Assembly: GCA_026387175.1 (NCBI GenBank) | Contig: JAPLME010000006.1 | Location: 44,078 to 108,077, forward strand | Origin: Candidatus Omnitrophota bacterium | GTDB lineage: Bacteria > Omnitrophota > Gorgyraeia > 2-01-FULL-45-10 | DNA length: 64,000 bases | Direction of reading: 5' to 3' | Shown here: piece by piece, positions 52,858-62,389 of the stretch | Layout: each line of letters begins with the position of its first letter | Position numbering within the stretch: the stretch's first letter is position 1 | Position numbers and translations under genes: made by a program | Notes under the pieces: model-generated | What the model saw: only the letters and a program-made list of their open reading frames with translations | Told to the model about the DNA's origin: nothing | Database searches by the model: none

Positions 52858-54705
52858 TTATCTCTTCGATTCCGGCCCTGTCGGCGGCCTTGAAAAACGG
52901 TAAACATAGTATAACCCAACAGCGCCTATCATCATCAGGTAAGGCACTATAGGCGTCCTGTACCTGACGGACACTATTGTAATGAGCGAGCAATGGGCTA
53001 ATATGGAGTAAAATATGACCGCAAAGATCAAAAAGATCGATTTTTGCTTACGGGATTTCCGGAAAACCAGCCAGAGTCCTATCAGGAATATCAAATATAC
53101 GTAAAATTCCATGCTTGAAGCAAAGACGTTCGGCACCCTTGAATTATTAATGAGAAGTATAGGGTCGAAGAACCCGAAGCAGGGCCATATAAAATAATTC
53201 AGGAACCTTTTAGTGTAAATACGGCAGGCTGTAGCGGCTACGGCCGCAGGCTCTTTCAGTGCGACGCGTAACGAACCGGCGGGATCTTTAAACGGATTGA
53301 CCCCCAGAGCGTCAAGTCCCCGGTTATCCGGGCTTTTGTCGGGCCACGGGCTCTGAGCGTTCCAGCAGGCTTCGAGCCTGAAACCGGACTTCACCACCAA
53401 ATTGAACTTACCGTCATTCAGGTAATTAATAAATGTTACGGGGGCGATCAAAAAAGACGCAACGAGAACGGTGATAAGGGTATTCACGGCCTTCTTTCGA
53501 AACGTAATTTTATTCACCGCAAAAAGCTCCGTTACGAAGAATAGGACAGGCAGAGCCATGAATAAGCTCCTTGTGATACAGAGCAACCCCAGGACGAGGC
53601 CGGCGGTCACCCTGTAGAGCCTATTATCGGGCTTCCTGAAACATCGGAGATACGAAAGGACAAACGCAGCTAATAGCGGCAATATAAGGGCTTCTCCACC
53701 CAGCACCACCATATACATTATCAGTATCTGGCTCATACTTACGAGTAAAGCCGTTAATATGGAGATGCTCCTGACCCCGAAAAGCTCTTTCGCTATATAG
53801 TAGGATAAGACTGAAAGCGCTCCTCCAAGCAGGCTTTGAACGAATGTAGCCGCGTAAAAATTATGACCGAAACATTTATATACAAGAGATAGGAGGACTA
53901 TATATCCCGGCTCCCAGACACCGGGAAACAGGGTTCCCCCTTTTAGTATCTTCTCCGGGTTCGTTACCATGGTCCATGCGTTTGCGTTATAGGTACGGCC
54001 GTCATCGCTCGAGTCGACAAAGACGCTTCCTCCTCCCGTGGTCTTCAGTATGTGGAACGCGAATACGATCCTGACTATCGTGCCGACCAGAAAAAGAAGC
54101 GCAATCACCTTTCGCTCATCCTTGAAGAACGACACTATCCTAGTATAAAGAAGTTGCGCCAACCCGTCTATGCGCGTGATGGCAGCAAATAAAGCCGCTA
54201 TAACCGCTGCGGCGGCCACATACCCTGAAAATCCTTTAAGCAGACATGTCACAGCCAAATGAATAGACGCAATAACGAGCGGTATGAAGAAAAAATCCTT
54301 TCTAAGAAAAAAACCGGCGCAAAACATGGATGCAAGAAATACAGTTGTGACCGTTCCGATATAAAGATAATAGATCCCGGACAAATAAGAAGAGCCCGAT
54401 ATCTGGACATTGAGATCTAATGTTAGAAATGAGAGGTGCAAGGCAAGGCCTATTGGTATGATCTTGTGCAGATTTGTCTTAAAATCGGTCTTGAAAAAAA
54501 TCGAATGAAAAGCGCTGTAAAGACATAGGACCGACCAGCCCGCCAGAGGCACATAGAGCTTTCTAAAGGGAAGGTTTATATAGACTGCCGTGCCCATTAT
54601 GATAAAAGCTATATAGATCACCAGATAGGCCGCCATACCGAAAACTATCTGATCTGCGCCGTAAGAAACCGGATCCAAGCTATGCTTTTTTTTCAATATA
54701 GCCAT
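52858..54705 (-). CDS. GT-C (ArnT/GT39-like) membrane glycosyltransferase with N-terminal TM extension
   Basis: Multi-TM protein; SDDGRTY acidic loop, EPGY, RYRTP near the C-terminus. Confidence 0.7.
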   Translation of the reverse strand: MAILKKKHSLDPVSYGADQIVFGMAAYLVIYIAFIIMGTAVYINLPFRKLYVPLAGWSVLCLYSAFHSIFFKTDFKTNLHKIIPIGLALHLSFLTLDLNVQISGSSYLSGIYYLYIGTVTTVFLASMFCAGFFLRKDFFFIPLVIASIHLAVTCLLKGFSGYVAAAAVIAALFAAITRIDGLAQLLYTRIVSFFKDERKVIALLFLVGTIVRIVFAFHILKTTGGGSVFVDSSDDGRTYNANAWTMVTNPEKILKGGTLFPGVWEPGYIVLLSLVYKCFGHNFYAATFVQSLLGGALSVLSYYIAKELFGVRSISILTALLVSMSQILIMYMVVLGGEALILPLLAAFVLSYLRCFRKPDNRLYRVTAGLVLGLLCITRSLFMALPVLFFVTELFAVNKITFRKKAVNTLITVLVASFLIAPVTFINYLNDGKFNLVVKSGFRLEACWNAQSPWPDKSPDNRGLDALGVNPFKDPAGSLRVALKEPAAVAATACRIYTKRFLNYFIWPCFGFFDPILLINNSRVPNVFASSMEFYVYLIFLIGLWLVFRKSRKQKSIFLIFAVIFYSILAHCSLITIVSVRYRTPIVPYLMMIGAVGLYYVYRFSRPPTGPESKR

Positions 54706-54715
54706 TGCGTGAGGC

Positions 54716-55609
54716 TCATCCTTTCTTGGCGATCGCGACGATATCGCCTGACGGTATTATAAAATTATGATACTTTAACCGCGGAGGCAGGCGTCCGATA
54801 AGGCCTTCCATAAGGCTTACAGCGCTGCTCTTCTTTTTTGCCGATTCCTCGCTCTTCTGCCTCATATACTCCCCGGCATAATAGGGATTTATCGATTTGA
54901 AAGCGCTTTTAAATCCCAGTATCTTGAAACCCATCGTCCTGAGAAAAGCGTTAAGGTTCTTTTTCGAAAAATATACAAGATGCTGCCTGTGGATATAAGG
55001 CCATCTCTTTCCCGTGAACTTCGCGAAAAGGCTGCTTGTATCTACAGTAACTATAACAGCTATCCCTCCGGGCCTCAGCATCTTATACACCTTTTCCACC
55101 GCGATCCTGGCGCCGTTAAGGTGCTCCAGCACATCGGTCATTATTATCATATCATAATGATCCGACGGCATCTCTTTCGCTCTCACAAAATCAAGGGCCT
55201 CCACCCTGGAACCGAATCTGGCCTTTGCGACGCGTGCGGCCTCCTCCGATATGTCCACGCCGTAGACATCCCATCCGAACTCCTCTCCGACTTCCATGCA
55301 TATACCTGTTGCGCACCCTATATCTAAAAGCCGGCCGCGATGAGGCGTAAATCGGGAAAGCGACTTAAATAGGCACCGGAACGTCAGATGTCGCATCTTC
55401 CTGTGCATCTCCTCATCTTTTCCGACAATGCCCCATACCTCATGATATTTCGCATATACCCGCTCTATCTCTTCATTATTTAATATAGGGTAACTTAGCC
55501 AGAGCCCGCATCCGCTGCACCTGATTATGGAATACTTACCGTCCATATCATAAAGCGGAAGGTACTCCGCGGAACCGCATACATCGCATTTGATCTTATA
55601 TGCCATCAC
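54716..55609 (-). CDS. Class I SAM-dependent methyltransferase with N-terminal Zn ribbon
   Basis: CDVC...CSGC, LDIGCATG, DVLEH, HLVYFS. Confidence 0.88.
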   Translation of the reverse strand: MMAYKIKCDVCGSAEYLPLYDMDGKYSIIRCSGCGLWLSYPILNNEEIERVYAKYHEVWGIVGKDEEMHRKMRHLTFRCLFKSLSRFTPHRGRLLDIGCATGICMEVGEEFGWDVYGVDISEEAARVAKARFGSRVEALDFVRAKEMPSDHYDMIIMTDVLEHLNGARIAVEKVYKMLRPGGIAVIVTVDTSSLFAKFTGKRWPYIHRQHLVYFSKKNLNAFLRTMGFKILGFKSAFKSINPYYAGEYMRQKSEESAKKKSSAVSLMEGLIGRLPPRLKYHNFIIPSGDIVAIAKKG

Positions 55610-56853
55610 TTCACCTGGGCCTTCGCCGGCTGGGGGTTCTTGAACCGTTTCTCGATCGAATTGCGAAGCTTTATTATATCATCCGAGCTGAAGGCCTTCG
55701 TAGATATCTTAGTCGTGTAATCGCCGGGCCTGCCCTTGAACCATGCATGGTCATAATCGTCGGTAAAATTTATGTCGAAATTCTCTTTATTCTTATAGAT
55801 AAGCGATCCGGGATATGGAGTATAGACCGTGATATCTATATCGTCGAGACCGGCCTCTTCCAGAAAATCCGTCGTCTCCTTTATCGACTCCCTGTTCTCG
55901 CCGGGAAGGCCTATTATAAAAAAGCCTTTCACGCGGATACCATATCTGTGGCATAGCTTTATAGCTTCCAGGTTCTTCTTTACCGTCTCGCCTTTATTGA
56001 TCGTATCGAGTATGCGCTGGGAACCCGACTCGATCCCGACGCCCACTTCTACGCAGCCGGATTCCCGCATCCTACGCAATATATCCCCGTCAACGGTATC
56101 AGACCGTATAAAGCACCTGTATATAACGCTCAATTGCTTCAATCGATCGCATATCTCTTTCATCCTTTTTCTATCGACCGTCATCGTATCATCGAAGAAC
56201 ATGACCGCCTCATAGCCGTATCGCTTTACCAGTAACGATACCTCTTCGAACACATTCTGCGGGCTCCTCATCCTAAGGGTCTTGCCCCAGGCGTTATTCG
56301 CGCAGAATTTACAACCGAAAGGACAGCCGCGCGAGGTCACCAGCGTCGTGGTCAATTTACCGTCAAGATAATACCGATAGCTCTTGATGTCGATCGTGTC
56401 CCTGTCCGGGAACGGGAAGCTGTTGATATCGGCATAGTCGCACTGGGTTACCTGAGACTGCTCCGTTGAGGCCTCTTCCCGCCGTACGATATCAAGGATA
56501 GCCCTCTCCCCCTCCCCCTTCACCACAACATCGAACTCGCTAAAAGCGTCTTCGGGCTTGCCCGAAACGTGGGGGCCGCCCAGCACATATAGCGGGGATC
56601 TGGCCCGGTTTATCTTTTTAACCTGCTTTACCAGGCGCATAACGGTCGGAAACTGCGGAGTATTGGAATAAAAGCCCACGATATCGGCGTCGATAGATTC
56701 CGGAAGAGGCTTCTCGTCATTCATATCGATGTAAGAGATATCGTTGTAGCCGTTCTGTTTGAGATACGCGATAAGGTAGAGAAGCCCGAGCGACGGAAAT
56801 ACTTTCTCGTTTATCAGAAAATCGGAATTTGGATTTATGAAAAGTATTTTCAT
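55606..56853 (-). CDS. Cobalamin-binding radical SAM protein 4
   Basis: PSLGLLYL, LGGPH, GEGE, SRGCPFGCKFC, GIESGS, IGLPGE, PYPGS. Confidence 0.9.
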   Translation of the reverse strand: MKILFINPNSDFLINEKVFPSLGLLYLIAYLKQNGYNDISYIDMNDEKPLPESIDADIVGFYSNTPQFPTVMRLVKQVKKINRARSPLYVLGGPHVSGKPEDAFSEFDVVVKGEGERAILDIVRREEASTEQSQVTQCDYADINSFPFPDRDTIDIKSYRYYLDGKLTTTLVTSRGCPFGCKFCANNAWGKTLRMRSPQNVFEEVSLLVKRYGYEAVMFFDDTMTVDRKRMKEICDRLKQLSVIYRCFIRSDTVDGDILRRMRESGCVEVGVGIESGSQRILDTINKGETVKKNLEAIKLCHRYGIRVKGFFIIGLPGENRESIKETTDFLEEAGLDDIDITVYTPYPGSLIYKNKENFDINFTDDYDHAWFKGRPGDYTTKISTKAFSSDDIIKLRNSIEKRFKNPQPAKAQVK

Positions 56854-56860
56854 TGTTCTA

Positions 56861-58033
56861 TCATCCCTTATGTTTCTCTTCCAGGCACTCCTCGTACAGC
56901 TTCATTATATCCGCGGCGAGCCTGCTCTTTGAGTATTTCGTCCGGACGGATTCTCTGCCATGCGCCCCCATCGCCAGCCGCCCGGAGCGGTCATCCATCA
57001 ACCTGATGATCTTGCGGGCGAGATCCGCATGATCGTTCGAATCGGCCAGCAGCCCGTTGTAGCCGTCCTTGACGAGATCGACGACGCCTCCTACGGCGGT
57101 CGCTATAACGGGTTTGGCCGACGCCATGGCCTCGATCAACGATACTGGAGTTCCCTCATTCAGAGACGTCAGCACCAGCAGGTCCAGGTCCGAATATACG
57201 GATGCCAGATCCTCTATCCAGCCCGTAAATATGACATGATGCTCCAGGCCGATGGCCTTCGCTTCCTCTTTAAGAAACTGGTTAAGCTCTCCGTCCCCTA
57301 CTACCACAAACCTGATATCGGCGCCGGGTCTTTCATTTAATACGGATCGCGCCGCCTTCAGAAACATCTTATGGTTTTTGATAGGGACCAGGCGCCCCAC
57401 TATCCCGATAAGCATGACCTTATCATCGACACCCAGTCTTTTTCTGAACCAGCCTCTGTTCTTATCGCATTCAAGGAACCTGCCAAGATCAAGACCAAGC
57501 GGTATGACGACGCTCTTCCGCTCCTCTGCGACCCTCAGTCTGTTGATCAAATCATTGCGCACCGCCTCGCTGACGGTTATCACCCTGTCCGTATATAACG
57601 CCAAAAATTTTTCTACGCAAACAAATATCCTGGCCTTCAGCGGACTGAAATAACCGTCGAAGACGTGCCCATGGAAAGTGTGGATCTTTATAGGGACGCC
57701 GGCGAATATCGCGGCGAGCCTGCCGAGCGCTCCCGCCTTAGCCGTGTGCGTATGCACAATGTCGGGTTTCTCGGACCTCATGATGCTGTAAAGCTTTAAA
57801 AACGTCTTGAGGTCATTTTTTAATGATATCTCCCTGCCCATCTCGGGAACGACAACAGGCTCTACACCATAGTCTTTGGCGAGATAGCCCATATCTCCCT
57901 CCGACTTGCTAACCGTTCCGCAAACAAGCGTATCCTTATATCCATTGCCGTTTAAAGAGCTCGACAGCAATATCGAATGTATGGCCGGACCACCTATATT
58001 AAGCCGAGTTATTATCCTGAGGATCTTAACCAT
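56861..58033 (-). CDS. GT4 glycosyltransferase
   Basis: RLNIGGPA, HTHTAKAG, VGRL..IKN, NEGTPVSLIEAMA. Confidence 0.92.
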   Translation of the reverse strand: MVKILRIITRLNIGGPAIHSILLSSSLNGNGYKDTLVCGTVSKSEGDMGYLAKDYGVEPVVVPEMGREISLKNDLKTFLKLYSIMRSEKPDIVHTHTAKAGALGRLAAIFAGVPIKIHTFHGHVFDGYFSPLKARIFVCVEKFLALYTDRVITVSEAVRNDLINRLRVAEERKSVVIPLGLDLGRFLECDKNRGWFRKRLGVDDKVMLIGIVGRLVPIKNHKMFLKAARSVLNERPGADIRFVVVGDGELNQFLKEEAKAIGLEHHVIFTGWIEDLASVYSDLDLLVLTSLNEGTPVSLIEAMASAKPVIATAVGGVVDLVKDGYNGLLADSNDHADLARKIIRLMDDRSGRLAMGAHGRESVRTKYSKSRLAADIMKLYEECLEEKHKG

Positions 58034-58045
58034 GGTTCTTCGGTC

Positions 58046-58324
58046 CTATATCAATTTAGTGAACGCGATAAAAATAACGTAGAAGATCGCGGAGCACAAG
58101 AGCCACCCCGCGATAATAAGCCCTGCGTGTTTCCGGCACATATTAAAAACCTCTGTGAAAAATCCGTAACTGGCTGAAGAGAGAATGTTGTGGCGCGCGT
58201 AGATCAGGATGGGGGCCGCGATATTTCTTGTACATGAATAAAATATGGCCGATCTAAATGAACTTGACAGGCCGACCATTATCCTATACGTCAAGCTGTC
58301 CGCAACAATTTTCTGATATACCAT
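58046..58324 (-). CDS. Hypothetical small membrane protein
   Basis: Fills the gap between neighbours with 12- and 7-nt spacing; C-terminal TM segment. Confidence 0.45.
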   Translation of the reverse strand: MVYQKIVADSLTYRIMVGLSSSFRSAIFYSCTRNIAAPILIYARHNILSSASYGFFTEVFNMCRKHAGLIIAGWLLCSAIFYVIFIAFTKLI

Positions 58325-58331
58325 CTTCCGA

Positions 58332-58838
58332 TCAGCCCTTATTAATCACTTTTATGACCGTCCAGGTGACATTATAATTTTTTGTTTCGAAACTGAACCC
58401 AAGGCCTATATTAAACACTCCCGCTCCGGCATACATGCGTAAGCTATCGAGCCTTTTATACGCAAGCATTTCAATTAAAACGGTTACTCTTTTAGAAGTC
58501 GGGTCAATAAACGCCTTCGCTTCTCCGGCTGCGGCAGAATCTTTTAGCGTCATCTCCACAGGCTCGACTTTGAGTATCTTTTCTATGCGCGCTATAATAG
58601 TCCCATCGGCACCCCGCATCACATCGCCCTCTTTCATGATATCGGTCACAAAAACAGGTACCAACGCAACGGCCTCGCATCGTATATGCACATTTTCGAC
58701 CTTCACCCATGAAGGATCATCGGCGAGCCTTATCCATTTAAACGCGAAGAGCGCAATAAAGGCTATGACGAAAAGAACGAACAGATCAAAGATATTTATC
58801 AGTCCGAAAATCCTTCCCTTTTCATCGATAACCTTCAT
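58332..58838 (-). CDS. DUF4330-like membrane-anchored protein
   Basis: Characteristic N-terminus MKVIDEKGRIFGLINIFD followed by a TM segment. Confidence 0.7.
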   Translation of the reverse strand: MKVIDEKGRIFGLINIFDLFVLFVIAFIALFAFKWIRLADDPSWVKVENVHIRCEAVALVPVFVTDIMKEGDVMRGADGTIIARIEKILKVEPVEMTLKDSAAAGEAKAFIDPTSKRVTVLIEMLAYKRLDSLRMYAGAGVFNIGLGFSFETKNYNVTWTVIKVINKG

Positions 58839-58852
58839 ACCGTCTCCCTTTT

Positions 58853-60712
58853 TTAATTGATATATTTTTTTGCTTTGTAATAAAGAATAGCGAGATATTC
58901 GTGCAGTATGCCCCTTATCTGTTTTAATTCAATGCCATGCTCCCTTGAGTAATAGCTGCCTTTTTTTATGGGAACATAATAAATGTTCATTCCTTTCAGG
59001 TACTTATCGCACAACAGCTTCACCCTCAACATATGATAAGGAGAGCTTACGATTATGGCGCTCGTCCATCCCCTCGCCCCAGCAAGGTCTTTTAAGTGAA
59101 GTATCATTTCATAGGTATTGGCTGGGGATTCGTCCAATAGTATCGCTTCGGGCTTCACTCCCAACTCGACAGAAAGCGCTTTCATGACCTGCGCCTCCCG
59201 CATGATAAAGCTATATCCGCTCGAATACAGTATCTTGTCGGAATAATGTGATTTGTACAGATCTATAGCAAGGGCTACTCTCTCTTCATAGCTCTGTCCG
59301 ACTTTGCCGGATTCCCCTACGCCGCCGCCCAAAACCATTATCACGTCCGCCTTCGCGGGCGCATCGCTGATCTTCAGGGGGTTTGCCATATACCATAAGA
59401 GAGATGTATGGAATAATACGGCGTAAACGAGCAATGCCCCGGCAGCGACCGGCAGAAACCGTCTTTTTGTGCCTTTGTATATCTTTACCAGGTTCGCTTT
59501 CCATAACGTATCTTTTTGTTTTGCCTTTTCCTGCGCAACCTGCTCCACCAGGGCCGACATCTGCGCCACCTTGTTGGCCCACGAATTCTTCTCTGCCGTC
59601 TCCATAAAAAGCTGGCGCTCGGCCTCGCTTACGGGCTTCTCTATGGCTTCGCGCACTTGCGCGGAAAAGGCCTCCGCTGACTCGGCGACCATTACCACGG
59701 CGCCGTTCTCGGAGTTGAATTTCACGACTTCCGGCAAACCCGTGGAAACTACCTTCTTGCCGAGCGAGAGATACTCGTTCAGTTTAGTCGGATAGACGTT
59801 CCTGGTATACTCGGTTATCTTATAGGGTATCAATGCGACATCAAACTCCCGCACATATAGCGGCAACTCATCCCGTCCCTTTTGGCCGAGGAAAAAGACA
59901 TTCGGCAGATCCTTAACCTGTGAGGTATCGGTCTGTATCGGCCCACAGAATACAAAGTTGGCGTCTTTGTTGCGCGTCGCCGCCGTGCGCACCAGATCGA
60001 AATCTATCCATTTATGGATGCCCCCCAGATACCCGACGATCGGATGCCCTATACGCCCTATGTCCTCCGGAACCAGCGAGGTATTGGTCAGGGCTTTCGC
60101 GAAATTCTCAATATTGACGCCAAAAGGAAAGTAATGGACCTTCTTGCTCCACTGCGAACAGTATCTGAAAAGCTCCATGCTGGTCACGAATACGAGATCC
60201 GACCGCTTCACCATCTTCTCTTCCGTGCGCTTTATATTCTTAGCGCCCTTGGAGCTCACCTGGAAGGAATCTATACAATAATAGATAAGGACTTTCGGGT
60301 CTATCTTCTCGATTATGTCCAGGCTCAATCCTGTAGGCAGAAAGTCCCATATTATCGGATCAGAGAAACCCACCGCCTTAAGCCATTTGAAGAGGACCGA
60401 GAATACGAGCTTGCGGTTCAAAAATCTGGCGGGGCGCAAATACGGAAACGGCAATACGAGCGGCGAATAGACATACAGGCCGTCCTCTATTTTCCTGATG
60501 CCGTGCAGCCCTTTTCCCCAGTTGGCAAGGCGGCTTCGTATCCTGCCGATATCCCGCACATTAGGAGCCCTGGCGCCCGTATTTTCTATAAAAAGCACCC
60601 TATCGCCGCTTCTGGCGAGCCTCGTCATGATCTCCTGATGGCCCTGCCAAATGAAATCCCAATCGATGCTTGATATGCATATAATATTCTGATGTTTTTG
60701 CATGTTTTCCAT
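58853..60712 (-). CDS. GT-B glycosyltransferase (TuaH-like) fused to a YdcF/ElyC (DUF218) domain
   Basis: N-terminal DWDFIWQGHQ, YYCID, YLGGI, PTKLNEYL; one TM; C-terminal VLGGG, ERV, NTYE, VSSPYHMLR, HEY. Confidence 0.8.
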   Translation of the reverse strand: MENMQKHQNIICISSIDWDFIWQGHQEIMTRLARSGDRVLFIENTGARAPNVRDIGRIRSRLANWGKGLHGIRKIEDGLYVYSPLVLPFPYLRPARFLNRKLVFSVLFKWLKAVGFSDPIIWDFLPTGLSLDIIEKIDPKVLIYYCIDSFQVSSKGAKNIKRTEEKMVKRSDLVFVTSMELFRYCSQWSKKVHYFPFGVNIENFAKALTNTSLVPEDIGRIGHPIVGYLGGIHKWIDFDLVRTAATRNKDANFVFCGPIQTDTSQVKDLPNVFFLGQKGRDELPLYVREFDVALIPYKITEYTRNVYPTKLNEYLSLGKKVVSTGLPEVVKFNSENGAVVMVAESAEAFSAQVREAIEKPVSEAERQLFMETAEKNSWANKVAQMSALVEQVAQEKAKQKDTLWKANLVKIYKGTKRRFLPVAAGALLVYAVLFHTSLLWYMANPLKISDAPAKADVIMVLGGGVGESGKVGQSYEERVALAIDLYKSHYSDKILYSSGYSFIMREAQVMKALSVELGVKPEAILLDESPANTYEMILHLKDLAGARGWTSAIIVSSPYHMLRVKLLCDKYLKGMNIYYVPIKKGSYYSREHGIELKQIRGILHEYLAILYYKAKKYIN

Positions 60713-60860
60713 TCAAAATTTGTAGTGGAAGTGATTTTACCATACTGTTTATCATATCTCAATTTAATTATATAGATATGATATGAGAGAAATATTATTT
60801 ATTGGATAGCCGGAGAGCTTTAGCAGAATGGCAACCGGATGCGAATTTTAAAGCAAATAT

Positions 60861-61634
60861 CTAACTTTTTAATTTATTCTTAACAAGTATGCCCGGCAGA
60901 TGATCTACCCAGTTATACGCTCCCGATACCTTCATCTTAAATCTAAAGATATTGTCGGTGCCGTATACCCGTATCCTTCTGGCAACGAAAGGCTCTTCTT
61001 CCGAATTATCCATACCCATGATATTTGTGAACGCTTTTGAATATCCTGCGTCCCTTAGCAGGCGTTCGGTGGCTTTATTGAACGATCTTCGGCTGCCGAA
61101 AGGATAGGAAAAATACCTGACATCGCATCCCACCATATCCCTTATCCTTTCCCGCGATGCCGACGCCTCGTGACTGGCCGACTTCTCATCCAGATCGGAC
61201 ATCGTCTTGTGAGTGCATGAATGGGAACCGATTTCGACGCCGCAGGAGCTCATATCCTTGACCTGCGCCCATGTTAACGGCCTTAACGGCTGAGCGTTAT
61301 TGAAAAGCCGATCGGATCCGAGCCTGGAATCGATAAAATCCGTAGTGATGAACAGGATCGACCGCGCGCCATACCGCTTCAGCAGCGGAAAAGCGTTTGT
61401 ATAAACGTTCTCGAATCCATCATCGAAGGTAAGTAGATAGCTTCTGCCACAAGTCGAGAGATAGCGCATCTGTTCCTCAAACCGCTCCGGCGTCACATTG
61501 ATCTTTTGCGGATCCGACGAAGGATCTATATCGCCGATGGAATGATAGACGAGAACGACGTTCCGTTTACGGTAAAACGGCGTTATGAAAATATATGCGA
61601 GGAAGCTTATAAGGTCTTTAACGAGCTGCACCAT
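60861..61634 (-). CDS. Polysaccharide deacetylase (CE4/NodB-like)
   Basis: LVYH, LTFDDG, IGSHSCTH, FSYPFG. Confidence 0.88.
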   Translation of the reverse strand: MVQLVKDLISFLAYIFITPFYRKRNVVLVYHSIGDIDPSSDPQKINVTPERFEEQMRYLSTCGRSYLLTFDDGFENVYTNAFPLLKRYGARSILFITTDFIDSRLGSDRLFNNAQPLRPLTWAQVKDMSSCGVEIGSHSCTHKTMSDLDEKSASHEASASRERIRDMVGCDVRYFSYPFGSRRSFNKATERLLRDAGYSKAFTNIMGMDNSEEEPFVARRIRVYGTDNIFRFKMKVSGAYNWVDHLPGILVKNKLKS

Positions 61635-62382
61635 CTTTTACGGCCTTTACGACATAATTTATGGCTAAAAATCTGCTCGAAACAAAGTTAAGCTTTTTTG
61701 AAAGATAAAGAGATAGCCTCGGATTTATCCTATTCAATAGGGACAACCTGAAGACATGAAACACTGTCCGCTCAACCCTGAAACCGTATTTCTTTAATAA
61801 AAGTTCCAGTTCTTTTCCACAAAGCAGCTTGGGCTCAAAATCGTAATTCATAAAAGACCCGGAGATGTCCGCCTTGATTATCTTTCGTGAGACCTTAAGA
61901 AACGCGCGTAGATAATAATCGAGTTTGTTCGTAATGCTGGAAGCATTCGGCGCGGTGAAGATGGCGATACCATTCTTCCCTGTAACGCGGGCGACCTCCC
62001 TGATGCCGGCCTCAACGTTATCGAGATATTCCAGCACCCCAGCGCATACCACAGCGTCAAAGAAACCATCCTGGAACCCAAGCTTTTCTATGTTTCCTAC
62101 GGAAAATTCGGCGTTCCTGAACTTTTTACCGTTTGCAATGGCTATCATTTCGCTTGAGACATCGACCCCATACAGCCTGCCACACCTTCCGGAAAGCTCA
62201 TCCGTATATACGCCGGGACCGCATCCTATATCCAATATTCTCTTGCGATCGGCTCCAAGCATAGTAAGCACGATTCTTTTTCTTTCCGCAAATATAAAAG
62301 ATCTCAGATCGTTAATCCGCCCATATTTACCGTTGTACTCAACAGCCTGGTCATCAAAATATTTAATTACTTTTTCTTTCAT
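61618..62382 (-). CDS. Class I SAM-dependent methyltransferase
   Basis: ILDIGCGPG, GVDVS, FDAV..GVLEY. Confidence 0.88.
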   Translation of the reverse strand: MKEKVIKYFDDQAVEYNGKYGRINDLRSFIFAERKRIVLTMLGADRKRILDIGCGPGVYTDELSGRCGRLYGVDVSSEMIAIANGKKFRNAEFSVGNIEKLGFQDGFFDAVVCAGVLEYLDNVEAGIREVARVTGKNGIAIFTAPNASSITNKLDYYLRAFLKVSRKIIKADISGSFMNYDFEPKLLCGKELELLLKKYGFRVERTVFHVFRLSLLNRINPRLSLYLSKKLNFVSSRFLAINYVVKAVKDGAAR

Positions 62383-62389
62383 AATATAC

